DNA of 24,000 bases from an uncultured Clostridia bacterium (lineage in GTDB: Bacteria; Bacillota; Clostridia; Lachnospirales; CAG-274), in contig CAJTVH010000029.1 in assembly GCA_910579745.1 (NCBI GenBank), forward strand, positions 10,438-34,437. Direction: 5' to 3'. Shown here piece after piece: positions 8,242 to 16,788 of the stretch. Each line of letters starts with the position of its first letter. The first letter of the stretch is position 1. A program made the position numbers and the translations under genes. The notes under the pieces were generated by a model. That model was not told where the DNA came from. It saw only the letters and a program-made list of their open reading frames with translations, and made no database searches.

Positions 8242-9675
8242 ATGGTTGAAATTTTAAAAAAATATTTTCGAGTATCTGAACAGCATTCTACCGTAAAAAA
8301 TGAAATCATAGCGGGAATTACAAATTACTTTACAGTAATTTATCTTGTTCTTCTAGTTCCCGAAATTCTTATTGGGATTTTTCCAGAGGCTATAGGTACA
8401 AACGGAGAGCTTATAGGAAATAAAATTATTTATGACGGCGTAACCGTAAACGGAATGCTGGTAATTTTAACGGCGGCGTCATTTATAGCCGCCGGTATAG
8501 GAACTCTTTTAATTGGTATTTTCATAAATGTTCCCTTCGCTCAGGGGCCAAGTTTAGCGGTGGGAACATTTGTCACTTATACCGTATGTGTAAACTTTGG
8601 CTATACTTTTAACCAGGCTTTGGCTATTATTTTTATAGCGGGAATATGCTTTTTTATACTATCTGTCTGCGGACTTGAGGAAAAACTGCACAGAGCTATT
8701 CCAAACAACATAAAATTCGCCGTCACAGCGGGAATAGGCTTGTTTATAGCGTATACAGGACTCGAAAAAGCCCATATTATACACATTGACGAAAATTCCA
8801 AAATAAGTTTATTTAATATAGTCGATTTTCAAAGCGTATATACAAGAGACGCGCTTTTAACACTTGTTGGAATTGTCTTAATTGTTATTTTAATAAAAAA
8901 AGGGGTTCACGGAGCGATTTTCGTCGGAAAAATTTTATGTATTATTCTCGCTCTTCCCCTTGGTTTAATAAAAACAGTTGAATTTGAAAAATTCGAATAC
9001 TCACTTGATTTGTCAAAAACATTTTTCAGCCTTGACTTTTCGGCTTTAATCGATACAACAAGTTTTTCAAGAGGAATATTTTCTCTTACAACAATTATTA
9101 TACTTGTTTTTTCCATCTGTATAATGGATATTTTTGAAACGATGAGCACTTTCATCGCCACAAAAAATTTTATAAAGGTAAGTAATGATAAAAGCAATGT
9201 TACAAAAAAAGCCCCAAGAATTCTTGAGATTGATTCTATAAGCACATGTATTGGGGCTTTGGTCGGTTCCAGTACAATTTCAACCTATGTTGAAAGTACC
9301 ACCGGAGTTGTTGAGGGAGGTCGAACAGGACTTACAGCAGTCGTTACCGGAATTTTATTTTTAATTTCAGTTTTTTTCTCACCTTTTGTCTCAATTATCC
9401 CTTCTTCCGCTACGGCGACAACTTTAATTATGGCGGGAATAATAATGATAAATGTTATAAAATATATTAATTTTGAAGATGTTGCCGAAGCTGTGCCAGC
9501 TTTTTTTACTTTCTTTATAATACCTATAACAAAAAGTTTAATTATAGGTATTTCTTTTGGTATAATATTTTATGTTATTATTAATATATGTATCGGAAAA
9601 AGAAAAAAAATAAAAAATCCTCTTTATATTTTAGCCATATTATTTATTATAATATTAATGCTTATACCCCGATAA
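8242..9675 (+). CDS. NCS2 family permease (AzgA/PbuG-like adenine/guanine/hypoxanthine permease)
   Basis: 477-aa multi-TM protein. The N-terminus FRVSEQHSTVKNEIIAGITNYFTVIYLVLLVPEIL matches the COG2252-type nucleobase permease start. It lies 55 nt downstream of uppP, so there is no room for a purine riboswitch. Confidence 0.88.
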   Translation: MVEILKKYFRVSEQHSTVKNEIIAGITNYFTVIYLVLLVPEILIGIFPEAIGTNGELIGNKIIYDGVTVNGMLVILTAASFIAAGIGTLLIGIFINVPFAQGPSLAVGTFVTYTVCVNFGYTFNQALAIIFIAGICFFILSVCGLEEKLHRAIPNNIKFAVTAGIGLFIAYTGLEKAHIIHIDENSKISLFNIVDFQSVYTRDALLTLVGIVLIVILIKKGVHGAIFVGKILCIILALPLGLIKTVEFEKFEYSLDLSKTFFSLDFSALIDTTSFSRGIFSLTTIIILVFSICIMDIFETMSTFIATKNFIKVSNDKSNVTKKAPRILEIDSISTCIGALVGSSTISTYVESTTGVVEGGRTGLTAVVTGILFLISVFFSPFVSIIPSSATATTLIMAGIIMINVIKYINFEDVAEAVPAFFTFFIIPITKSLIIGISFGIIFYVIINICIGKRKKIKNPLYILAILFIIILMLIPR

Positions 9676-9682
9676 AAAACTT

Positions 9683-9715
9683 AGGGAAGCGTGTGTTTTA
9701 ATCATCGCTTCCCTT
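9683..9715. terminator. Hairpin between the convergent permease and prfC genes (likely bidirectional terminator)
   Basis: AGGGAAGCG (9683..9691), a 15-nt loop, then CGCTTCCCT (9707..9715). An A6 run upstream gives a T-run in the minus sense. The tail in the plus sense is A/T-rich. Confidence 0.6.
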
Positions 9716-9729
9716 AAAAATATTTATTA

Positions 9730-11313
9730 TCAAAACCGTTCTTGAACATTAAGAGCCTCAATAAGATTTATATCAGGATTTCTTTCAACAAAATTATCAA
9801 GAGTATATTGATTAGCGAAAAGTAAAACTGGACGTTCATAATGATCAAAAACAAGCGTACACCTTGAATTCTCAAAATCTTTTAAACTTTGAGGATTGTC
9901 TGTTTTTACCCATCTGGCTACATTAAAACTTAAAGGCTCCATTCTTATTTCAGAATTGTACTCATTTTTTAATCTATATTCAAACACCTCAAACTGCAAA
10001 GCCCCGACAGCTCCAAGTATTACGTCATTATATTCATTTTTATATACTTGTATAGCACCCTCCTGAGCGAGCTGGTCAACACCTTTTTGAAAATGTTTCG
10101 CTTTCATTGTGTTGACAGGACGTACACGCGTAAAAAGCTCCGGCGGAAAAGTCGGCAGAGGCTCAAAAAACAAAGGCTCTTTTTTAGTAGTCAGCGTATC
10201 GCCTATCTGATAATTTCCCGAATCATATATGCCTATTATATCGCCGGCGTAAGCCATATCAACCGTTTCACGCTCATTCGCCATCAATTGGGTAGATTGA
10301 TTTAGTTTTAAGACTTTACCTGTTCTTGAAAGAGTTACATTCATTCCTCTTTCAAATGTTCCGGAACAAATTCTTAAAAAAGCAAGTCTGTCACGGTGCG
10401 CCGGATTCATATTCGCTTGTATTTTAAATATAAAACCGCTAAAAAAATCATCTATAGGATTTACTTCACCGGTTGTTGTTTTTCTTATACCAGGAGACGG
10501 AGACATTTTTAAAAAATGTTCTAAAAATACAGTGACACCAAAATCAACAAGAGCCGTTCCAAAAAATACAGGAGAAAGTTTTCCAGCGGAAATCAATTTC
10601 ATATCAAACTCATTTCCGGCACCGTCTAAAAGTTCTATTTCACTTCTGAGATTTTTAAGGTTTTCCTCACTTAAAATCCCCTCAAGCTCAGACCCATAAA
10701 CTCCCTTTTCCCCAAGTTTTATAACCGTATCTTTTTTATAAATATAAATCTTATTCTCAAGTCGGTCATATATTCCCTCAAAAAGCTGTCCGCTGCCAAT
10801 CGGCCACGTTATAGGAACAGAAGGAAGACCTAAAGCGTTTTCAAGGTCTTCCATTAAATCAAGAGGATCCTCAGCTTGTCTATCAAGTTTATTTATAAAT
10901 GTAAAAACGGGTATTTCTCTCATACTGCAAACTTTAAATAGTTTTTTTGTTTGCGCCTCGACTCCTTTAGCGGCGTCAATTACCATAACAGCGCTGTCCA
11001 CAGAAGTTAAAATTCTATACGTATCCTCGCCGAAATCATTATGTCCAGGAGTATCCATAATTGATACTACCTTACCTTTATACTCAAACTGCATTACCGA
11101 TGATGTAACGGAAATTCCTCTTTGTTTTTCTATTTCCATCCAGTCTGAACGAGCGAACTTAGAATTTTTCACGGCTTTAACTGTTCCGGCCTCGTGAATA
11201 GCGCCTCCATGAAAAAGCAATTTTTCTGTTAAAGTTGTCTTTCCGGCGTCAGGATGTGAAATTATTCCGAAAATTCTCCTTTTATTTATTAAATCAATAT
11301 TTGGCAATAACAT
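9730..11313 (-). CDS. prfC: Peptide chain release factor 3 (translational GTPase)
   Basis: 527 aa. The N-terminus KRRIFGIISHPDAGKTTLTEKLL carries the G1 motif, followed by DTPGHNDF (G3) and NKLD (G4). Length and layout are typical of RF3. ATG 11313, with AAGGA 8 nt upstream. Confidence 0.95.
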   Translation of the reverse strand: MLLPNIDLINKRRIFGIISHPDAGKTTLTEKLLFHGGAIHEAGTVKAVKNSKFARSDWMEIEKQRGISVTSSVMQFEYKGKVVSIMDTPGHNDFGEDTYRILTSVDSAVMVIDAAKGVEAQTKKLFKVCSMREIPVFTFINKLDRQAEDPLDLMEDLENALGLPSVPITWPIGSGQLFEGIYDRLENKIYIYKKDTVIKLGEKGVYGSELEGILSEENLKNLRSEIELLDGAGNEFDMKLISAGKLSPVFFGTALVDFGVTVFLEHFLKMSPSPGIRKTTTGEVNPIDDFFSGFIFKIQANMNPAHRDRLAFLRICSGTFERGMNVTLSRTGKVLKLNQSTQLMANERETVDMAYAGDIIGIYDSGNYQIGDTLTTKKEPLFFEPLPTFPPELFTRVRPVNTMKAKHFQKGVDQLAQEGAIQVYKNEYNDVILGAVGALQFEVFEYRLKNEYNSEIRMEPLSFNVARWVKTDNPQSLKDFENSRCTLVFDHYERPVLLFANQYTLDNFVERNPDINLIEALNVQERF

Positions 11314-11328
11314 TTTTAATATCCTTTC

Positions 11329-11568
11329 TTATATATCCAATGAAAAATTCCCATAATCTATACCTTTTTCAGTTATTAGCATTTTAACTTTCTCACCTGA
11401 TTGAAAATTTATTGTAATAAAACCCTCTTTTTCAAGATTTTTTATCGCTGAATTATATTTTCTCAACATATTCGCCGATGTACTGGCAAATTTATAACTG
11501 TAATTGTCCGAACCGCATAAATACGATTGATACGCTCTTTGAAATATCTCTTTTTCAAGATTATTCAT
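11329..11568 (-). CDS. Hypothetical small protein (79 aa), co-oriented with prfC and ending 15 nt upstream of it
   Basis: ATG start with AAAGGG about 10 nt upstream. Composition is protein-like and not low-complexity (MNNLEKEIFQRAYQSYLCGSDNYSYKF...NLEKEGFITINFQSGEKVKMLITEKG). I do not recognise a family. Confidence 0.55.
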   Translation of the reverse strand: MNNLEKEIFQRAYQSYLCGSDNYSYKFASTSANMLRKYNSAIKNLEKEGFITINFQSGEKVKMLITEKGIDYGNFSLDI

Positions 11569-11785
11569 TAATTTACCGCCCTTTCAAATAAAAAATCCCA
11601 TAAATTTTTATTGACCATCTGATACCAAACGCCATTTAATCTATAGCTAAAAAGTTAGTTGCCTATCAGGATAAATTTTTAGCGTCAGAAAATTTTTTAT
11701 AAAGTGAAATAAAAAACGCTTAGTAAAAAAAATTTTCAAATAGTCCATACAAAAAAATATTTGTTTATTTTAACCAAACATCATT

Positions 11786-11814
11786 ATTATACAATGTCTA
11801 ATCAAAATAAACAA
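11786..11814 (-). promoter_or_regulatory. Candidate sigma-A promoter with an extended -10, driving the small ORF-prfC operon
   Basis: The minus strand reads TTGTTT (11814..11809), a 17-nt spacer ending in TG, then TATAAT (11791..11786); that is, TGTATAAT. This implies a leader of about 210 nt before the ATG at 11568. Confidence 0.5.
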
Positions 11815-11853
11815 GTATTTTTTTTAACACTAAAAAATTATAGTCAATAAACT

Positions 11854-11888
11854 AAAAAAAGCAGAACTTAATATAGCTCTGCTTTTTA
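11854..11888. terminator. Orphan terminator-like hairpin flanked by an A-run and a T-run, with no adjacent intact gene
   Basis: AAAAAAAGCAGAACT-taatat-AGCTCTGCTTTTTA. The stem is 6 bp, one mismatch, then 2 bp, with A7 upstream and T5 downstream, so it could act in either direction. The nearest intact genes are more than 280 nt away. Confidence 0.45.
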
Positions 11889-12744
11889 TAGGGAAAACTC
11901 ACGGTAAATAATTTGATACCTTTAATTTCAAAACTAAAATTACTTTCACAATACCCATACCGCTCAAGTCCGTTTACATCAGCTTTTATTTAAAATTTAT
12001 CAGCTATCGGATTATAAATACCTTCTCTTATAAAAACTTTCCGTTCCTCTATCAAAATATTCCCCCAAATATTTGAAAAAGTGGCATATTTATTACCATA
12101 CCGGAAGCATAATATTAATTATAAAAATTAAATAAATATACTTTTACTCTTTAAATTTAGTTTTCATAAATATTATTTATTGCTCTTCAGTAATTTTTTT
12201 CTGTACTGTCCGCAATCCACATACATTATAAGCATTATAAAAGTAATAATTATTTTGACTGACTTTTTATTTTTAATATCATATATTAAAAATATTAAGG
12301 CCATTGTCTGCTATATAAGTCTATGAATAACAGCTGTTTATTTTTGTTAATTTTCATATCATCTTAATATATTATACCGCTGTTTTCCCCACATTTTAAT
12401 AATATAATAAACTTTTACTAATTTATTATATACCTAATTAAATATATTTTTATTTTAATAACTTCAATTAAATTACTCTTATAACATTTATACCCTTAAA
12501 ACCTACTTTTTTATCGATATTATTATAGGTATTGGCTGTAACCCCATTACAGCTTTATAAATATTATGAAAATAATCTATAGAAGCCCTCCTTGACTTTT
12601 TAGCATTCAATCTTAATATATTTAGTATTATTTTCTTAAATATATACTTATTACATAAATATTAATAATTATCAGAAAATAACATAAATAAAAAAATAAA
12701 TTTATAAACCATTCCTTGCGGTTTATTTTAAAAACTCATTATTT

Positions 12745-13326
12745 TTATTTCGTGTAAATTTTTCTCTTCTTATCTTTTAAATATCCCAACAAAACCAATA
12801 CAGATGCAATAGTAACAGAACATATCAAAATATTATAGATTTTTTCCATACCTATATATTTAAAAAATATTACTGATAAAATATCAATCATTATAATTTT
12901 AGTAACTTTACTTTTATATTTTATTTTTTCTTTTTCGTCTAATCTTTTATTTTCATTATCAATAGGTGATAAAATAAGGATAACCACTATTGACGCCACA
13001 AAAAGTAACGTCAATAGTGCATTGTTATAAATAGATTGTAAATTACAAAACCCTATATATGATAATGAGACTAAATTAGAATATATAAAACATCGTATTC
13101 TTGTATTCGCGTGATAACCGCCAGAGTATCTTCTTAAAAAGATAAAAGCGACTAAAAATAATATTCCGTCCCATAAATGTCCGAAAAATAAATACAAAAT
13201 TATTTGACAAATCCAAAATAAAATATAATTAGCTAATTGGTAAAGTCCATATCTTATAAATTCTAAATTGTCATTATCGATAATTCCTTTTATTTTTAGG
13301 TTTTCTAAAAATCTATTCACAATCAC
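12745..13326 (-). CDS. agrB: Accessory gene regulator protein B (AgrB; AgrD-processing membrane endopeptidase)
   Basis: 193-aa polytopic membrane protein with the AgrB signature FLRRYSGGYHANTRIRCFIYS, in which the conserved His and Cys are 7 residues apart. GTG start at 13326, 6 nt after the agrD stop. Confidence 0.9.
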   Translation of the reverse strand: MIVNRFLENLKIKGIIDNDNLEFIRYGLYQLANYILFWICQIILYLFFGHLWDGILFLVAFIFLRRYSGGYHANTRIRCFIYSNLVSLSYIGFCNLQSIYNNALLTLLFVASIVVILILSPIDNENKRLDEKEKIKYKSKVTKIIMIDILSVIFFKYIGMEKIYNILICSVTIASVLVLLGYLKDKKRKIYTK

Positions 13327-13332
13327 TCGCTA

Positions 13333-13509
13333 TCAATCCTTTTTTAACTTTTCCGCGTTTTTAGGCAAATTAGGCTGATATAGAACATATGTACATGTTG
13401 AGTTTACCTCAGCCATTAATACCGCCATTGCCATAGACGCTAAAACACCCCCACTTTTAACCATAAGCTGCCCACTAAGATTTTGAATCTTACTTAATAT
13501 GTTTTTCAT
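13333..13509 (-). CDS. agrD: AgrD-type cyclic-lactone autoinducer peptide precursor (58 aa)
   Basis: MKNILSKIQNLSGQLMVKSGGVLASMAMAVLMAEVNSTCTYVLYQPNLPKNAEKLKKD. It has an amphipathic/hydrophobic leader, a single Cys followed by four residues (CTYVL), then a Pro-containing charged tail (YQPNLPKNAEKL). It is directly adjacent to agrB. I use the second ATG (13509), 7 nt from AAAGGAGG; the first ATG (13515) is only 1 nt from the SD. Confidence 0.8.
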   Translation of the reverse strand: MKNILSKIQNLSGQLMVKSGGVLASMAMAVLMAEVNSTCTYVLYQPNLPKNAEKLKKD

Positions 13510-13536
13510 AAACATACCTCCTTTGAATTTTTTATA

Positions 13537-13545
13537 ATTATATCA
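13537..13545 (-). promoter_or_regulatory. Extended -10 element (TGATATAAT) of the candidate agrD-agrB promoter
   Basis: The minus strand reads TGATATAAT, ending 12 nt upstream of the SD. The -35 position (TTTTAT) is poor, as expected for an activator-dependent or extended -10 promoter. Confidence 0.45.
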
Positions 13546-13570
13546 TAGTGATTTTTAGAATAAAAGTAAC

Positions 13571-13601
13571 TTGTAAAAAACAGCAATATTTTTGTAAAAA
13601 A
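13571..13601 (-). promoter_or_regulatory. Pair of 10-nt direct repeats with a 21-bp period, upstream of the agrD promoter
   Basis: TTGTAAAAAA occurs at 13571..13580 and again at 13592..13601 on the plus strand (TTTTTTACAA in the gene sense). The promoter-proximal copy ends 28 nt upstream of the -10 hexamer. Confidence 0.35.
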
Positions 13602-13703
13602 TAACATTTATATGACATAAAATTTTAAAATAACAATTATATATAATTAACTTACTTTATTATTTTAGCAAACAGAATAATAATATAAAAATAAATAATT
13701 CTA

Positions 13704-14513
13704 TTATCTTTCCATATTAATACTGACAAGCTTAGTATAAATTTTCTGCGGCAGAAATCTTTTTAAAGTTGGAAGAAATTGAAGTTTCCCCACCCTATAC
13801 CTTATTTTATCTTTATTATCCGTAGCCGCCGCGTAAATTGTTTCCGCTACTTTCTCAGCTGATGACCCTCTTTGTCCGTTCCGAATTAAAACATCGATAA
13901 CTTTGTTTGAATACTCATCGTACTCCTTTGTATTCTCATTTGAGACAACGGTTTTAGACCTGCCGTAAAAATCTGTTTTTATAACTCCAGGCTCAATAAT
14001 TTTAACTCTAATTCCAAAAGGTCTAAGTTCATACTGCAAAGCTTCTGAAAAGCCCTCAATTCCCCACTTGGAGGCATGATATAAAGATTGTATAGGCATG
14101 GCCATAAGACCGGCTATAGAAGATATATTAATAATTACACCAGATTTATTTTTTCTAAGATATGGAAGAAATTCTTTTGTCACAATCATTACACCTTTTA
14201 AATTTGTGTCAAGTTGTTGTGAAATTTGAGAATTAGTAGCGGCTTCAAAAGGACCTATAGTGTAAAATCCAGCGTTATTTATAATAACGTCAATTTTACC
14301 GAATGTCAAAATACTTTCTTTAACAGCTCTCTTTATATCATCATATTTTGTCACGTCGCATTTTAAAAGTTTAATTCCTTTAACGTTTGCAAATTCATTT
14401 TCATCTTGAGGATTACGCATAGTCGCCGCAACCTGCCACCCCTTTTCTAAAAAAAGCTTGACAGTCTCCCTGCCTATTCCAGAAGACGCTCCCGTTATAA
14501 ACATCGTTTTCAT
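13704..14513 (-). CDS. SDR family NAD(P)-dependent oxidoreductase
   Basis: 269 aa. It has the TGASSGIG cofactor motif, NNAG, and the catalytic S...YHASK triad. GGGGGA RBS upstream. Confidence 0.9.
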   Translation of the reverse strand: MKTMFITGASSGIGRETVKLFLEKGWQVAATMRNPQDENEFANVKGIKLLKCDVTKYDDIKRAVKESILTFGKIDVIINNAGFYTIGPFEAATNSQISQQLDTNLKGVMIVTKEFLPYLRKNKSGVIINISSIAGLMAMPIQSLYHASKWGIEGFSEALQYELRPFGIRVKIIEPGVIKTDFYGRSKTVVSNENTKEYDEYSNKVIDVLIRNGQRGSSAEKVAETIYAAATDNKDKIRYRVGKLQFLPTLKRFLPQKIYTKLVSINMER

Positions 14514-15196
14514 AATTTAATCCCCCAACATAATATTGTTTTTATATAAATTATATCCATAATTTTTCATCTAAAACATATAAACTTATTTTTTCATAGT
14601 CATATCAGAATTAATATAATATGAAATAAAAAATAGTAAAATAAACATATATTTTATAAAAACAAAATTACTTTTTTAAACATTTTTCTAAATTTGATTT
14701 GAAAAGCAAAGTTTGTAATTACGTTCTTTTATATTTCAAAATATCCCATTTATTTAATAAATACCACAACGTAATTTTAGTGTTTGAATCTTTTTTATCT
14801 CCTTATTAGTTCCTTTTAATCATACTGTATTTGAATTTTTACATAATAAAAGTTTAAAATTTTTAAATTATTATGAAAAAGTGTTATAAAAATTATTTTT
14901 CTTTATTCATAAAACAATTTAGTCTATATTTATAGTCAGTAAATCATAGATAAATTTTATTTTGTATAATCTTATTTTATATTTTTGTAGATAAATTTTA
15001 ATTTTTTCTACATTAACTAATTTTTATTTTCAAACACGCATTGAAATCGTTTCTATTGTAAAAATATTATTGGATAACAAATAAATCCGTAAAAAAACAG
15101 AAATGTTTAAAAAGACTGATAAATATATCTTTTGTGTTTATATCTTTATTTAATTTTTTTAAAATACTACTTCAAGTACTATATTCAAAATTAAAC

Positions 15197-15215
15197 TTTT
15201 TCAGATACGCCCTAA
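15197..15215 (-). repeat. Copy 1 of the dispersed 19-nt motif (TTAGGGCGTATCTGAAAAA in the minus sense)
   Basis: Shares the exact 13-mer GCGTATCTGAAAA with the copies at 19577..19595 and 19725..19743. Intergenic. Confidence 0.7.
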
Positions 15216-15333
15216 TAAAAAATTCATATTTGTCACCAAGTTTTAAAGTTTCTGAACAAATTTAATAATACATCAAATATTTTATAACATATTCTAAAGG
15301 AAAAATAAAATCTAAAAAAGAAAAAATTACTAC

Positions 15334-15362
15334 GATTATTTTTTTTTGTTGACGCCATAATA
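15334..15362 (+). promoter_or_regulatory. Possible forespore (sigma-G/F type) promoter for the SASP gene
   Basis: CATAATA at 15356..15362 fits the CATnnTA -10 pattern. GATTA 17 nt upstream is only a partial fit to the GnATR -35. The site is about 70 nt upstream of the SASP ATG. Confidence 0.25.
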
Positions 15363-15432
15363 TTATTGTAACCTAAAGTTACAAAACAAATAAAATAAAA
15401 ATTACTTTTTTAAATATCAGGAGGTAATAATT

Positions 15433-15669
15433 ATGTCAAACAATAATGGTTCAGGTTCAAACAGAGCAACTGTTCCCGAAGCGAGAGCGGCATTAGATCA
15501 GTTTAAATATGAGGTTGCTAATGAAATCGGTGTTCCTTTAAAACAAGGTTATAACGGTGATTTAACTTCCGCGCAAAATGGATATGTCGGCGGATATATG
15601 GTTAAAAAAATGATTGAGGCTCAGGAGAGAGAAATGGCTCAAAAAAATCAGACTCCATCTTCAAAATAA
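15433..15669 (+). CDS. Alpha/beta-type small acid-soluble spore protein (SASP)
   Basis: 78 aa with both conserved SASP blocks (ALDQFKYEVANEIGV and GGYMVKKMIE). Strong RBS: AGGAGGT 7 nt upstream of the ATG. Confidence 0.95.
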   Translation: MSNNNGSGSNRATVPEARAALDQFKYEVANEIGVPLKQGYNGDLTSAQNGYVGGYMVKKMIEAQEREMAQKNQTPSSK

Positions 15670-15716
15670 GATAAAATAATTTAATATATAAAAATGTGCT
15701 AAATATGCACAAAAAA

Positions 15717-15753
15717 CGGATATTAAAATTGATTATTTTAATATCCGTTTTTT
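15717..15753. terminator. Bidirectional intrinsic terminator shared by the SASP gene and the convergent cotJ operon
   Basis: Perfect 13-bp stem: CGGATATTAAAAT, loop tgatt, ATTTTAATATCCG. It is flanked by A6 (15711..15716) and T6 (15748..15753). Confidence 0.85.
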
Positions 15754-15844
15754 AATTTGTTTTTTATTTACAGACAAAACAAGAGAGTATTTTAATATTT
15801 TATACCAGCGTAATATCAGAGTGTTAATATAAAAACTTAATTTT

Positions 15845-16495
15845 TTATAGTTCTCTTGGCATTATAATAGATGGATTTTTTCCACATTTACAATTTTGTT
15901 TTGGCCGACAAGGCTTTGGCATTATAAACGTATGCTCTGAATCAAAATAATCCTGTACTATTCTTAACGCTTCGCCAAATCTCTGAAAATGTACTATTTC
16001 TCGTTCACGTAAAAACTTTATCGGCTCTATAACATCAGGATCGTCTGTAAGAGTTAAAATATACTCATAAGTTGAGCGCGCTTTTTGCTCTGCCGCCATA
16101 TCCTCATACAAATCTGTTCGAGGATCTCCTTTTGATTGTAAATATGAAGCTGTAAATGGTACTCCCGCAGCGCTTGATGGATAAATGCCTGTTCCGTGGT
16201 CTACGTAGTAACTATCAAAACCTTGTTTTTTTATTTGCTCAGGATCAGCATCTTCTAATAATTGCAAAACTATTGAACCTATCATCTCTAAATGAGCCAG
16301 TTCCTCGGTTCCTATATCGTTTAATACGGCTTTCGCTTGGGGAGTAACCATTGAAAAACGCTGACTTAAATAACGTAATGAGGCTCCAAGTTCTCCATCC
16401 GGACCTCCGTATTGACTTATAATTATTTTTGCGAGACCAGGATTTGTTTGTTTTATTTTAACAGGAAACTCAAGTTTTTTTTCGTAAATCCACAT
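15845..16495 (-). CDS. cotJC: Spore coat protein CotJC (manganese catalase family)
   Basis: MWIYEKKLEFPVKIKQTNPGLAKIIISQYGGPDGELGASLRYLSQRF matches the CotJC/Mn-catalase N-terminus. Di-metal ligand regions EELAHLE and REREIVH are present. I use ATG 16495 rather than the upstream GTG 16507 in the ORF track. It starts 2 nt after the cotJB stop. Confidence 0.9.
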   Translation of the reverse strand: MWIYEKKLEFPVKIKQTNPGLAKIIISQYGGPDGELGASLRYLSQRFSMVTPQAKAVLNDIGTEELAHLEMIGSIVLQLLEDADPEQIKKQGFDSYYVDHGTGIYPSSAAGVPFTASYLQSKGDPRTDLYEDMAAEQKARSTYEYILTLTDDPDVIEPIKFLREREIVHFQRFGEALRIVQDYFDSEHTFIMPKPCRPKQNCKCGKNPSIIMPREL

Positions 16496-16497
16496 TA

Positions 16498-16785
16498 TTA
16501 ATAACACTCCTTTACATTAAAATTAAAATCTCTTTTCCATGGCCATGGACAATTTATCCATTTAAACTCACAATCAGGACTCATAGATCTGAAGGAACAT
16601 AGAGGACCATACATTTCCTCAAACTCATAACGTAAAGAATCCGCTTCTTGAATAATATTGTTATATTTTTCAATAACTTCCTCATCATTTGGATGAGTGT
16701 CTAGAAAAAGATGTAAATCAACAGCGATAAAATCGAGAATACTCAGTTTTTTTAATAAAGCTTCTCTTTCACTATTTTCACACAT
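16498..16785 (-). CDS. cotJB: Spore coat protein CotJB
   Basis: 95 aa. LSILDFIAVDLHLFLDTHPNDEEVIEKYN is the characteristic CotJB block. It sits between cotJA and cotJC with 3-nt and 2-nt gaps. Confidence 0.85.
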   Translation of the reverse strand: MCENSEREALLKKLSILDFIAVDLHLFLDTHPNDEEVIEKYNNIIQEADSLRYEFEEMYGPLCSFRSMSPDCEFKWINCPWPWKRDFNFNVKECY

Positions 16786-16788
16786 AAA

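Noticed and set aside
14664-15414. Exact 17-nt direct repeat AAAATTACTTTTTTAAA at 14664-14680 and 15398-15414
   Set aside because: It contains a single C and is otherwise pure A/T. My rough estimate gives about one such coincidence by chance among the intergenic DNA of this window, and there is no extended similarity in the flanks.
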